Assembly: GCA_963766325.1 (NCBI GenBank)
Contig: CAVXZF010000010.1
Location: 160,517 to 224,516 of the forward strand
Source: an uncultured Actinomycetota bacterium
GTDB lineage: Bacteria; Actinomycetota; Actinomycetes; Mycobacteriales; CADCTP01
DNA length: 64,000 nt
Direction: 5' to 3'
A program made the translations under genes and the position numbers. Of the stretch, positions 1-8,848 are shown piece after piece. Every line of letters begins with the position of its first letter. Within the stretch, counting starts at the first letter, position 1. The notes under the pieces were generated by a model. It was not told where the DNA came from and ran no database searches. It was given only the letters and a program-made list of their open reading frames with translations.

Positions 1-1237
1 GGGCCCGCAGCGGCACCGCCACCACCGACCGGATGCCGGCCTCGCGCAGCAGCGCCACCCGCTCCGGCGGGCCGCCGGTGCGGGCCAGCAGCTCGTCGTC
101 GACCCGCGAATACAGCACTGACTGGCCGGCCTCGACCACCCGCCGGATGGTCGAGTCGCCCGAGAAGATCGGCGGGATGGCCCGGACGATCTCCGCCTTG
201 CCCGGGTCGCGGTGCGCCACCGCCACCCGCCGGATCCCGGTCGCGCTGATCATGTCCACCGCGCACCAGTCGGCCAGCGCCGGCACCAGGTGCTGGGCCA
301 ACCTGCCCAGCGCCTCGGACACGTCCAGCGTGGTGGACAGCGCGGCGCTGACCTCGGCCAGCACGGTCAGCCGGCCCTGGGCCCGCTCGGCCGCCTGGTA
401 CGCCGCCTCCCGCTCTGCCTCGGCCTGCACCCGCGCGGTCACGTCCGCCTGCACGCCGACGAAGTTGGTCAGCGTCCCCGCGCCGTCGTACACCGGGGAC
501 ATCGACACCTCGTTCCAGAACGCGGTGCCGTCCTTGCGGTAGTTGAGCACCGTGACGGTGATCGACTCCTGCGCGTCCAGCGCCTGCCGCATCCGGTCGA
601 CCACGGAGCGGTCGGTGTCCGGGCCCTGCAGGAAGCGGCAGTTGCGGCCGGCCACCTCCTCCAGCGGGTAGCCGGTGATCCGGGCGAACGCCGGGTTGGC
701 CCAGATCAGCGGGTTGTCCGGCCGGGCCGGATCGCTGATCGTGAACGACACCTCGGTGGCGAGCACGGCCCGGTCGCGCAGCCCGGACAGCACCGACTCC
801 ACCTGCCGGCCGCCGGCCTGCGCGCCGCCGACCGCGAAGAAGACGACGACCGCCCGCTGGGCGAGCCCGGGTACGTCGCCGAGCGGGAAGCCGGTGACCC
901 ACATCGGCTCGCGGGCCGGCACGTCGCCGGAGCGGCGGGCCGCGGTGACCGGCTCGCCCGCCACCGGCCGGCCGCCGGCGACCCGGGACAGCGGCGACGC
1001 CGTCTCGGACAGCGGGGTGCCGTCCGGGTCGCACAGCCCGGCCGCGTCGGACCAGGCATTCACCGTCGCCGGCAGCTCGACGTCCGGGGCCATCTGCAGG
1101 CCCTGACGGTTGGCGTAGGTCACCTCGCCGGCCGCCAGGTCCACCAGCAGCACCGCCGCCGGCGCCTCGTGCAGCACCCGAGGGAGGAACTCGACCAGGC
1201 CAGGCCCGGCCGTGTCCACGGCCACGGTCTCGCTCAC
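1..1237 (-). CDS. PAS-like + LOV + GAF sensor protein, 3' end beyond window (C-terminal PP2C/SpoIIE output is only a guess)
   Basis: Not in the ORF track because it runs off the edge. Manual translation gives [13 protein letters not shown]...[12 protein letters not shown]...FVGVQADVT (canonical LOV, Cys codon 638-640), then a GAF-like segment LADWCAVD...[14 protein letters not shown] at 1237 with AGGAGGG upstream. Confidence 0.9.
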   Translation of the reverse strand, partial: MSETVAVDTAGPGLVEFLPRVLHEAPAAVLLVDLAAGEVTYANRQGLQMAPDVELPATVNAWSDAAGLCDPDGTPLSETASPLSRVAGGRPVAGEPVTAARRSGDVPAREPMWVTGFPLGDVPGLAQRAVVVFFAVGGAQAGGRQVESVLSGLRDRAVLATEVSFTISDPARPDNPLIWANPAFARITGYPLEEVAGRNCRFLQGPDTDRSVVDRMRQALDAQESITVTVLNYRKDGTAFWNEVSMSPVYDGAGTLTNFVGVQADVTARVQAEAEREAAYQAAERAQGRLTVLAEVSAALSTTLDVSEALGRLAQHLVPALADWCAVDMISATGIRRVAVAHRDPGKAEIVRAIPPIFSGDSTIRRVVEAGQSVLYSRVDDELLARTGGPPERVALLREAGIRSVVAVPLRA

Positions 1238-1308
1238 TTGCCGTCCCTCCTGCTGACCTCTTGCAGGTTAGTGCCCGCAGGCGGCCCGCGTCCGGACGAT
1301 CGGCGCGC

Positions 1309-2352
1309 TCAGTCCTTCGGCGGCCGGCGGTGCGGCAGCTGGATGTCCTCCTCGGCCGGCTGCCCCGCCTCCAGCTCGCGGCCGCGCTCCAGCTCCGCGT
1401 TCACCTCGGCGCCGAAGAGGATCACGTTGTTGGTGATCCACATCCAGATCAGGAACGAGATGACCCCGGCGAGCGTGCCATACGTCTTGTCGTACGAGCC
1501 GAAGTTCGCGACGTAGAAGCCGAACGCCACCGAGGCGACCACCCAGAGCAGCAGCGCGAGGAAGCCGCCGAGGGTGAACCACTTGAACTTCGGCTGCTTG
1601 ACGTTCGGCGCGATGTGGTAGAGCCCGGCGATCATCAGGCTGACGATGACGATGATGATCGGCCACTTCGCGATGTTCCAGATCGTGACGACCGTGTCGC
1701 CGACGCCGATCGCGTCGCCGATCGCCTGGGCGACGTTGCCGCTCGAGACGATGGCCAGCGTGATGATGGTCAGCAGCAGGACCCCGACGATGGTGACCAG
1801 GATCTGCAGCGGCCGCAGGATGTAGAACTTGCGGCCCTCCTCGACTTCGTAGATGGCGTTGGACGCCCGGATGAAGGCGCCGACGTAGCCGGACGCCGTC
1901 CACAGCGCGCCCAGCACGCCGAGGACGAGCGTCAGGCCGGCGGTGCCGGCCTGCTGCTCCACGATCTGCGTGACCGGGCCTTCGAGGGCCTCCACCGGGC
2001 CGCCGAGGTCGTCGACGATGCCGAGCAGGGCGTCCACGGTGCTCTGGCCCTGGCCGAAGAGTCCCAGCATCGACACGAAGACGATCAGCGCCGGGAAGAT
2101 GGACAGCACCGCGTAGTACGTCAGCGCGGCCGCCCAGTCGGTGATGTTGTCGTCCTTGAACTCGGTGAACGCCCGCTTGGCCACCCCGAACCAGGTGCGC
2201 TTGCCCAGGTCGGTCGGCGAGTCCGGCTTGCGCGGGTCGTCCGGGGCGAGCCGCTCCTCGTCGGGCTGGTCGGAGTAGCTCTTGGTGCCCGGGCCGCCGG
2301 AGAAGTCCTCCGGGTCCCGGTCCTTGGTCTTGCTGCGGGAGAAGAGGGGCAT
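1309..2352 (-). CDS. YihY/virulence factor BrkB family membrane protein
   Basis: [21 protein letters not shown] and [19 protein letters not shown] motifs; multiple TM segments; start MPLFSRSK. Confidence 0.9.
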   Translation of the reverse strand: MPLFSRSKTKDRDPEDFSGGPGTKSYSDQPDEERLAPDDPRKPDSPTDLGKRTWFGVAKRAFTEFKDDNITDWAAALTYYAVLSIFPALIVFVSMLGLFGQGQSTVDALLGIVDDLGGPVEALEGPVTQIVEQQAGTAGLTLVLGVLGALWTASGYVGAFIRASNAIYEVEEGRKFYILRPLQILVTIVGVLLLTIITLAIVSSGNVAQAIGDAIGVGDTVVTIWNIAKWPIIIVIVSLMIAGLYHIAPNVKQPKFKWFTLGGFLALLLWVVASVAFGFYVANFGSYDKTYGTLAGVISFLIWMWITNNVILFGAEVNAELERGRELEAGQPAEEDIQLPHRRPPKD

Positions 2353-2451
2353 CTTGGGACTCCGGGCGGGGTGTGGCGGGGCGGTCCCCGTGCTGTTGCC
2401 CGCTGGCGGCCGTCCCATGCCCGCGCGCCGGTCCGCGCGTACCGTGGGCGC

Positions 2452-3111
2452 GTGCTCTTCTCCCGTTCCAAGTCCGCGCTGCCGACGCCCGAGACGGCAC
2501 TGCCGGGCCGCGCCGACTATCCGTACGAGGTGCCCTCGACCCACGTGGTGACCGGCAACCCGATCGTGCCCCCGTTCCCCGAGGGGCTGGCCACCGCGGT
2601 CTTCGCGCTGGGCTGCTTCTGGGGCGAGGAGAAGGCGTTCTGGCAGGTGCCGGGGGTGTGGTCGACCGCCGTCGGCTACACCGGCGGGATCACGACCTAC
2701 CCGACGTACGAGGAGGTCTGCTCCGGGCGCACCGGGCACGCCGAGGCGGTGCTCGTCGTCTTCGACCCCGACAAGGTGTCGTACGAACAGCTGTTGCAGG
2801 TCTTCTGGGAGGCGCACGACCCGACCCAGGGGATGCGCCAGGGCAACGACGTGGGCACGCAATACCGCTCGGCCATCTACTACGCCACCGACGAGCAGCG
2901 GACCACCGCCGAGGCGTCGCTGGCCGCCTTCCAGCAGCGGCTGTCCGGCGCCGGCTACGGCACCATCACCACTACCGTCGAGCCGGCCGGCCCCTTCTAC
3001 TACGCCGAGGCCTACCACCAGCAGTACCTGGTCAAGAACCCGTACGGCTACTGCCCCGACCACGGCACCGGCGTCTCCTGCCCCGTCGGCCTCTTCCGCA
3101 AGCCGCAGTAG
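2452..3111 (+). CDS. msrA: Peptide methionine sulfoxide reductase A
   Basis: GCFWG active site, [28 protein letters not shown]; TACCGT 6 nt before the GTG. Confidence 0.96.
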   Translation: MLFSRSKSALPTPETALPGRADYPYEVPSTHVVTGNPIVPPFPEGLATAVFALGCFWGEEKAFWQVPGVWSTAVGYTGGITTYPTYEEVCSGRTGHAEAVLVVFDPDKVSYEQLLQVFWEAHDPTQGMRQGNDVGTQYRSAIYYATDEQRTTAEASLAAFQQRLSGAGYGTITTTVEPAGPFYYAEAYHQQYLVKNPYGYCPDHGTGVSCPVGLFRKPQ

Positions 3112-3214
3112 GCACCCGCCCGGCCGGCCGGGGCGCAGAACGTCGGTGTCGCGTCGAGGCGATCGCCGTCGGCGGCGTGACTTTCCGGCCGGCGCCTGCC
3201 CGTACGGTGCAGCC

Positions 3215-4096
3215 GTGGCCTTCGACCGGATCCTGCTGATCTTCAACCCGCACAGCACCGGCGACGCCGAGGAGCGGGCCGGGGAGCTGGCCGCCGAGCT
3301 GGCCGAGCGGCTGCCCGGGACCCGGGTCGAGCTGTCGCCCACCCAGCGGGCCGGGCACGCCCGCGAGCTGGCCCGGGAGGCGGCCGCGGCGACCGAGCGG
3401 CCGCTGATCGTGTCGGTCAGCGGCGACGGCGGCTACAACGAGGTCGTCGACGGGCTGATGCAGGCCGGCCGGACCGGGGCGGCCGCCGCCGTGCTGCCCG
3501 CCGGCAACGCCAACGACCACCGCCGCGCCACCCGCGAGCGCCCGCTCGCCGACGCCATCGTGGCCGGCGACCTGCGGCAGCTCGACCTGCTCCGGCTCAC
3601 GATCGGTCAGGGGCCGGACGCCGAGGTGCGGTACGCGCACTCGTACATCGGGCTGGGGCTGACCCCGGTGGTCGCGGTCGACCTGGAGAAGGGCGGCAAG
3701 GGCTCGCTGCGCGAGATCGTGTCGGTGGTGCGGTCCTTCGCCAAGTTCCGGCCGTTCGAGATCGAGGTGGAGGGCGGCGGCCGGCGCCGCTTCGACAGCC
3801 TGGTCTTCGCGAACATCCCGCAGATGGCCAAGTACGCCGAGCTGAGCGACGACGGCCGGCCGGACGACGGCCGCTTCGAGGTGGTCACGCTGGCGCACAC
3901 CGCGAAGTGGCGGGTGCTCGCGACCGCGGTGCGCGCCGCCACCCGCGGCCTCGGCCCGCAGCCGACCGCACGGCACTACGCCTTCACCACCGTGAAGCCG
4001 ATCCCGCTGCAGCTCGACGGCGAGGTCCTCTCCCTCGACGCCGGCACCCCCGTCGCCGTCGACATCGCCGCCGCCGCCCTCCCCACCCTCACCTGA
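3215..4096 (+). CDS. Diacylglycerol/lipid kinase family protein
   Basis: IFNPHS, SGDGG, PAGNAND, QLDGE motifs; TACGGT-N6-GTG. Confidence 0.9.
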   Translation: MAFDRILLIFNPHSTGDAEERAGELAAELAERLPGTRVELSPTQRAGHARELAREAAAATERPLIVSVSGDGGYNEVVDGLMQAGRTGAAAAVLPAGNANDHRRATRERPLADAIVAGDLRQLDLLRLTIGQGPDAEVRYAHSYIGLGLTPVVAVDLEKGGKGSLREIVSVVRSFAKFRPFEIEVEGGGRRRFDSLVFANIPQMAKYAELSDDGRPDDGRFEVVTLAHTAKWRVLATAVRAATRGLGPQPTARHYAFTTVKPIPLQLDGEVLSLDAGTPVAVDIAAAALPTLT

Positions 4097-4126
4097 CGGC
4101 CCCTTCCCGGAGGGGTGTCCCGGGCC

Positions 4127-4660
4127 TCAGCGGTGGCCGAGCTTGGCGGCGTATCCCTCGGCGAGCTCGTCCCACCCGTGCTCCCGGGCGTCCTGGCCGC
4201 GGACCGGTGGCACCGGCTGCCCGCCCAGCAGCCGCTCGGCGACGTCCAGGCAGAGGTGCCACCCGGCGGCCACCTTGGGCAGCCAGTCCCGGTCGGCGAG
4301 CCGGTGCCGCAGGGTCAGCCGGGTGCCGGTCCCGGTCGGAGCCAGCTCCCAGCGGAGCAGGTCGTCGCCCCAGGTGTACTCCAGCAGGGCCGGCGGCTCC
4401 GCCCGCCGGACCACCGCGGGGGTGTCCTCGCGGTCGTCACCGTCGATCATGGTGAGCGTGGCCGGCCCGGCGCCGGCCAGGTCCCGGTCCGGCTCGAACG
4501 GCGCCCACGCCCTCAGCTGCCCCCGCTCGGTGAGCGCGGCCCACACCCGGTCCGGGGCATGCCGCAGCTCGCGGACGAGGACGAGTGTCCAGTCGCCGCC
4601 GGGCGAGTCGGGCGCCTCGGCGACGACGTCGGCGAGCGGCTCGGGCGGTGGGGTCGTCAT
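4127..4660 (-). CDS. SRPBCC/AHSA1 family protein
   Basis: RELRHAPDRVWAALT...LRWEL...AAGWHLCLD; ATGA overlap with the ArsR gene. Confidence 0.88.
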   Translation of the reverse strand: MTTPPPEPLADVVAEAPDSPGGDWTLVLVRELRHAPDRVWAALTERGQLRAWAPFEPDRDLAGAGPATLTMIDGDDREDTPAVVRRAEPPALLEYTWGDDLLRWELAPTGTGTRLTLRHRLADRDWLPKVAAGWHLCLDVAERLLGGQPVPPVRGQDAREHGWDELAEGYAAKLGHR

Positions 4661-4971
4661 GGTTGCTCCTGGGAGTCGAGGTGACGCTCGAGCGCATCGA
4701 GGTGCCGGGTCCAGAGCTCCCGGTACGGCGTCAGCCAGGCGTCCAGCGCCTCGAACGGCGCAGGCTCGATCCGGTAGATCCGCTGCTGGGCGGCGGTCCG
4801 GCAGGACACGAAGCCGGCCTCGCGCAGCACCTTGAGGTGCTTGGAGACCGCCGGCTGGGCGACGGCGAGCGTGCCGACCAGCTCGCCGACGCTGCTGTCC
4901 GCGAGCCGGAGCCGGTCGAGGATCCGCCGGCGGGTCGGCTCGGCGAGGACGGCGAAGGTGTCGACCGGCAC
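4657..4971 (-). CDS. ArsR/SmtB family transcriptional regulator
   Basis: FAVLAEPTRRRIL...QPAVSKHLKVLREAG...QRIY; usual ArsR-SRPBCC pair. Confidence 0.92.
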   Translation of the reverse strand: MPVDTFAVLAEPTRRRILDRLRLADSSVGELVGTLAVAQPAVSKHLKVLREAGFVSCRTAAQQRIYRIEPAPFEALDAWLTPYRELWTRHLDALERHLDSQEQP

Positions 4972-4980
4972 CAGTCGAAC

Positions 4981-5012
4981 ATGCCGCATGGAGCATATGC
5001 CTGTCAAGGCAT
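4981..5012. promoter_or_regulatory. Two adjacent ATGC-N8-GCAT palindromes, probable ArsR operator
   Basis: atgc-cgcatgga-gcat (4981-4996) and atgcct-gtca-aggcat (4997-5012), just upstream of the ArsR start. Confidence 0.6.
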
Positions 5013-5105
5013 TCTGCTCCCTGGTGCGCTTGACGGCCCGCTGGGTTAGCGTGGTCCCGGGTTGAGTTCAGCAGCCACGGTCGACGACGACGGAGGCTGT
5101 GGGAG

Positions 5106-5873
5106 ATGACACTGGTCGCCGATACCGATCGGCGGGACCACGCCCGATCCCTCTTCGCCACGCTGGCCGAGCTGCCACCGGGCGGCCCCGAGCACCAGCG
5201 CGTGCGGGCGGAGTTGGTCGAGCTGCACCTCCCGCTGGTCCGCTACCTCGCCCGGCGGTACGCCGGCCGCGGCGAGCCGATGGACGACCTGGTGCAGGTC
5301 GCCTCGCTCGGGCTGCTCAAGGCGATCGACCGCTTCGAGATCGAGCGCGGGCTGGAGTTCAGCACGTACGCGTCGCCGACCGTGCTGGGCGAGATCCGCC
5401 GGCACTTCCGGGACCGGACCTGGGCAGTGCACGTCACCCGCGGCCTGCAGGAGCTGACCAGCGAGGTCGGCGCCGTGGTCGGCGAGCTCACCCAGGAGCT
5501 GGGCCGGGCGCCGAGCGTCCCGGAGCTGTCCGCCCGGCTGCGGCAGCCCGAGGAGCGGGTGCTGGAGGCGCTGGAGTGCCTGTCCGCGCACACCGCCCAC
5601 TCGCTGGACGCGCCGACCGGGGACGACCTCACCCTGGGTGACTCGCTCGGCGGCGAGGACGGCGGGCTGGTCGACGTCGAGATGCACGAGTCGCTCACCC
5701 CGGCGCTGGCCAAGCTGCCCGAGCGGGAGCGCCGCATCCTGCAGCTGCGCTTCTACGGCAACCTCACCCAGTCGCAGATCGCCGCCCAGCTGGGCATCTC
5801 GCAGATGCACGTGTCCCGGCTGCTGGCCCGCACCCTGGTCCGGCTGCGCGAGGACCTGATGGTCCAGGAGTGA
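5106..5873 (+). CDS. SigB/SigF/SigG family RNA polymerase sigma factor
   Basis: DDLVQVASLGLLKAIDRF, GEIRRHFRD, TQSQIAAQLGISQMHVSRLL. Confidence 0.95.
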   Translation: MTLVADTDRRDHARSLFATLAELPPGGPEHQRVRAELVELHLPLVRYLARRYAGRGEPMDDLVQVASLGLLKAIDRFEIERGLEFSTYASPTVLGEIRRHFRDRTWAVHVTRGLQELTSEVGAVVGELTQELGRAPSVPELSARLRQPEERVLEALECLSAHTAHSLDAPTGDDLTLGDSLGGEDGGLVDVEMHESLTPALAKLPERERRILQLRFYGNLTQSQIAAQLGISQMHVSRLLARTLVRLREDLMVQE

Positions 5874-5961
5874 CGACGGCCCGGACGGCGGCGGTCGGGA
5901 CCGCGCCGGCCGGGCCGGGTCGAGCGGATCAGCCGGGCCGCCGGTCGGGCGGCCGGGCCGG

Positions 5962-6354
5962 TCAGGACTGCGGCGGCTCGTCCTTGCCCGACTCCTCGGC
6001 CTCGTCCGCCTCTTCCTTGGTGTGGTGCACGGCGCCCTCGGAGTGCTCCGGCGGCCCGTAGACCGTGTAGAGCACCAGTGGGTTGGGCCCGGTGTTGACG
6101 AAGTTGTGCTTCGTCCCGGCCGGCACCGCAACCAGGTCGCCGGCCTGCACCTTGCGTTTCTGGCCGCCGACCCGGGCCTCGCCGACCCCGCTGACGAAGC
6201 TGAGCACCTGGTCGGTGTCCTCGTGCACCTCCTCGCCGATCTCGCCGTCGGCGGGGATGGTCATGATGACGAGCTGGCTGTGCTTGCCGGTCCAGAGCAC
6301 GCGGCGGAAGTCCGCGCTCTTCTCCGCGACCGTGGCGATGGTGAAGTGGTCCAT
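5962..6354 (-). CDS. Cupin domain protein
   Basis: FRRVLWTGKHSQLVIM...IGEEVH...PAGTKHNFVN...YGPPEH. Confidence 0.9.
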   Translation of the reverse strand: MDHFTIATVAEKSADFRRVLWTGKHSQLVIMTIPADGEIGEEVHEDTDQVLSFVSGVGEARVGGQKRKVQAGDLVAVPAGTKHNFVNTGPNPLVLYTVYGPPEHSEGAVHHTKEEADEAEESGKDEPPQS

Positions 6355-6410
6355 CCTCCCTCGGTGCCCCGGGGCCCGCCCGGTCAATCCCGGACGGACC
6401 CCGGGACCGG

Positions 6411-6674
6411 TCAGCCGCGGCGGCGGGTGGCGAAGTTGCGCTGGCGGTCGGGCACCGGGACCCGCCGCGCGGCCACCGGGCCGGCGATCTTGGCGGCGGC
6501 CCCGCCGCGGGCGGCGGCGCGGCGCTCGCGCCGGCTCAGCCCGGCGTCCTCCGCCGGGGTCGTCGGAGCCGCCGGGGTCGGCTCGGCCGCGGCGGGCGGC
6601 GGGCCCGGATCGGCCGGCGCCGCCGACGCGGGCGCGGCGGGCTTGGTCGGGGCGGGACGGCGGGAGCGAGACAA
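6411..6674 (-). CDS. Small Pro/Ala-rich protein with Arg-rich C-terminus, unknown function (87 aa)
   Basis: AGGAGG SD then TTG; ends LSRRERRAAARGG...RQRNFATRRRG; fills the gap between the cupin and hydrolase genes. Confidence 0.65.
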   Translation of the reverse strand: MSRSRRPAPTKPAAPASAAPADPGPPPAAAEPTPAAPTTPAEDAGLSRRERRAAARGGAAAKIAGPVAARRVPVPDRQRNFATRRRG

Positions 6675-6847
6675 TGCAGCCTCCTGGGGTGCGAGGGTGG
6701 AGGCGGGAGCACCGGGACGGCGGCCGAACGAGCGTCGCCGGGCGGGCGGTGTCACCGCGGGGCCGGGAGCCGCACCGGGGGATGTCCGCTCCGGGCACGG
6801 CGGGGGCGCTGCAGGCGCCGTCCTCAGCTGATCACCCGACCACCGTA
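6675..6847 (-). promoter_or_regulatory. Putative translational attenuator: -10 TACGGT, leaderless uORF GTG-ATC-AGC-TGA, SD-sequestering hairpin
   Basis: -10 at 6842-6847, uORF at 6824-6835; anti-SD GCCUCC (6699-6704) is complementary to SD GGAGGC (6679-6684). Confidence 0.55.
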
Positions 6848-6890
6848 CGCCCGGACGGCCGGTCATGCACCAGCTATTTAGGCTGGTCCG

Positions 6891-7766
6891 GTGTTCGAGG
6901 GCTTCGCGCTGGACCGGGTGGACGTCGGGGACGCGGTGCTGCGGGTCCGGCACGGCGGGTCCGGCCCGCCGGTGCTGCTGCTGCACGGCCACCCGCGCAC
7001 GCACGCGACCTGGCACCGGGTCGCTCCGCAGCTCGCCGCGGGCTGGACCGTGGTCTGCCCGGACCTGCGCGGGTACGGCCGGTCGACCGGACCTCCGTCG
7101 GATCCGGACCACAGCGCGTACTCGAAGCGGGCGATGGCGGCGGACGCGGTCGCGCTGATGCGCCGGCTCGGGCACGAGCGCTTCGCCGTCGTCGGCCACG
7201 ACCGGGGGTCGTACGTGGCGATGCGGACCGCGCTGGACCACCCGGCCGCGGTGGCGGCGCTGGGCGTGCTCGACTCGGTGCCGATCGGGGAGGCGCTGGC
7301 CCGCGCGGACGCCCGCTTCGCCGCCGCGTGGTGGCACTGGTTCTTCCTCGGCCAGACCGCGAAGCCGGCCGAGCGGGTGATCAGCGCCGACCCCGACGCC
7401 TGGTACGGCGGCGACCCCGCGGTCATGGGCGAGGAGGCGTACGAGGACTACCGGGTCGCCATCCACGACCCGGCGGTGGTGCACGCGATGTGCGAGGACT
7501 ACCGGGCCGGGCTCGGTCCGGACCGGGCCGCGGACGACGCCGACCGGGCCGCCGGGCGGCGGATCGGCTGCCCGACGCTGGTGCTCTGGTCCCGCCGCGA
7601 CGACATGGCCGACCTGTACGGCGACGTGCTCGGCGTCTGGCGGTCCTGGGCGGACGACCTGCGTGGCGGGGAGATCGACTCCGGCCACCACATGGCCGAG
7701 GATGCGCCGGACGAGCTGGCCGCGGCGCTGCGCGGCTTCCTGACCGAGGTGGGGTGGTGCCGGTGA
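6891..7766 (+). CDS. Alpha/beta hydrolase, haloacetate dehalogenase-like
   Basis: LLLHGHP, DLRGYG, GHDRG nucleophile elbow, WWHWFF, CEDYRA, SGHH. Confidence 0.9.
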   Translation: MFEGFALDRVDVGDAVLRVRHGGSGPPVLLLHGHPRTHATWHRVAPQLAAGWTVVCPDLRGYGRSTGPPSDPDHSAYSKRAMAADAVALMRRLGHERFAVVGHDRGSYVAMRTALDHPAAVAALGVLDSVPIGEALARADARFAAAWWHWFFLGQTAKPAERVISADPDAWYGGDPAVMGEEAYEDYRVAIHDPAVVHAMCEDYRAGLGPDRAADDADRAAGRRIGCPTLVLWSRRDDMADLYGDVLGVWRSWADDLRGGEIDSGHHMAEDAPDELAAALRGFLTEVGWCR

Positions 7767-8380
7767 CGCTGACCGAGCGGCTGACCGAGCGGGGACTGCC
7801 GGCGGTGCACGCGCAGCTCGCGCACCCGACGGTGGCCGGCATCGCGTGCGGCGACCTCGACCCGGCGGTGTTCCGGTCCTGGCTGGAGCAGGACTACCTC
7901 TTCCTGCTCGACTACGTGCGGGTGTTCTCCCGGCTGGCCTGGCAGGCGCCCGCCGGGCACCTCGGCGACCTGGTCGACCTGGCCCACTCCACCTGGCACG
8001 AGGAGCTGTCGCTGCACCGCGAGCTGGCCGGCGAGTTCGGCGCCGACCTGGCCGGGGCGAGCGCGGGACCGGCCACGGTGGCGTACACGGGCTTCCTGCT
8101 CGATGCGGCGGCCGACTACGGCCGCGGGCTGGCGGCGCTGCTGCCGTGCATGTGGGGCTACTCGACGCTGGGGCGGCTGCTGGCCGAGCGGCCGCCGGCG
8201 GAGCCGCGGTACGCCCGGTGGGTGGCGACGTACGCGGACCCCGGCTTCGCCGCGCTGGCCGACCGGTGCGGGCAGATGCTGGCCGAGGCGGCCGACGCCG
8301 GGCTGGTCGACGAGGCCACCGCCACCGCCGCGTTCGACACCGCGATGCGGCACGAGGTCGCCTTCTGGGACGTGCCCTGA
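7763..8380 (+). CDS. tenA: TenA/thiaminase II family protein
   Basis: WLEQDYLFL, LLPCMWGY, YARWVATY, EVAFW; GTGA overlap with the hydrolase gene. Confidence 0.85.
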   Translation: MTLTERLTERGLPAVHAQLAHPTVAGIACGDLDPAVFRSWLEQDYLFLLDYVRVFSRLAWQAPAGHLGDLVDLAHSTWHEELSLHRELAGEFGADLAGASAGPATVAYTGFLLDAAADYGRGLAALLPCMWGYSTLGRLLAERPPAEPRYARWVATYADPGFAALADRCGQMLAEAADAGLVDEATATAAFDTAMRHEVAFWDVP

Positions 8381-8395
8381 CGGTCGGCAGGAACG

Positions 8396-8772
8396 CCCGG
8401 GCGACGGCCCGGGGCGGCGGCCGACCCCTCGGCTGCCGCCGCCACGCCCGGCGCCGCCAGGGACGGTGCCAGCCCGCCAGGCGATCACGGGGTTGCCGCC
8501 TGGCGGGACCGGACCGCCGGACCCGATCCACGGGGGCAGACCAGGCCACGCTTCGTCCGGTCGGCGGGACCGGCCGGCGCAGGGGTCACGGCGCCGGCCG
8601 GCGACAGATCACCGCCCGGAATGCTCGCCTCCGAGCACAGCACGGCACGCGGCGCGGGTCGATGAGCCCACTGCACAATTTGCAACACTCTGCGTGACCA
8701 TCAGGGTCCACACGCGACTTCGAGTCGGCGCTGCTCAAGGGCAGCGTCCTGTCGATCTTGAGCCGGTGGACC
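8396..8772 (+). other. Intergenic array of GC-rich hairpins, candidate structured RNA or REP-like cluster
   Basis: Stems 8413-8440, 8450-8470, 8473-8507 and 8570-8601, plus a branched element at 8705-8772; no credible ORF. Confidence 0.4.
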
Positions 8773-8848
8773 GGGCGACCGAGTCGATCTTCATGACGAT
8801 CCGTAGTCACCGTGCCGGTGGCTCCGCCGGTCGGGCACACTGGACGCC

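Noticed and set aside
8396-8772. Identification as 6C RNA, Ms1, SRP RNA or tRNA
   Set aside because: Lacks the paired C-rich loops, the SRP GGAA/AGCAG core and T/D-loop consensus; kept only as an unidentified structure.
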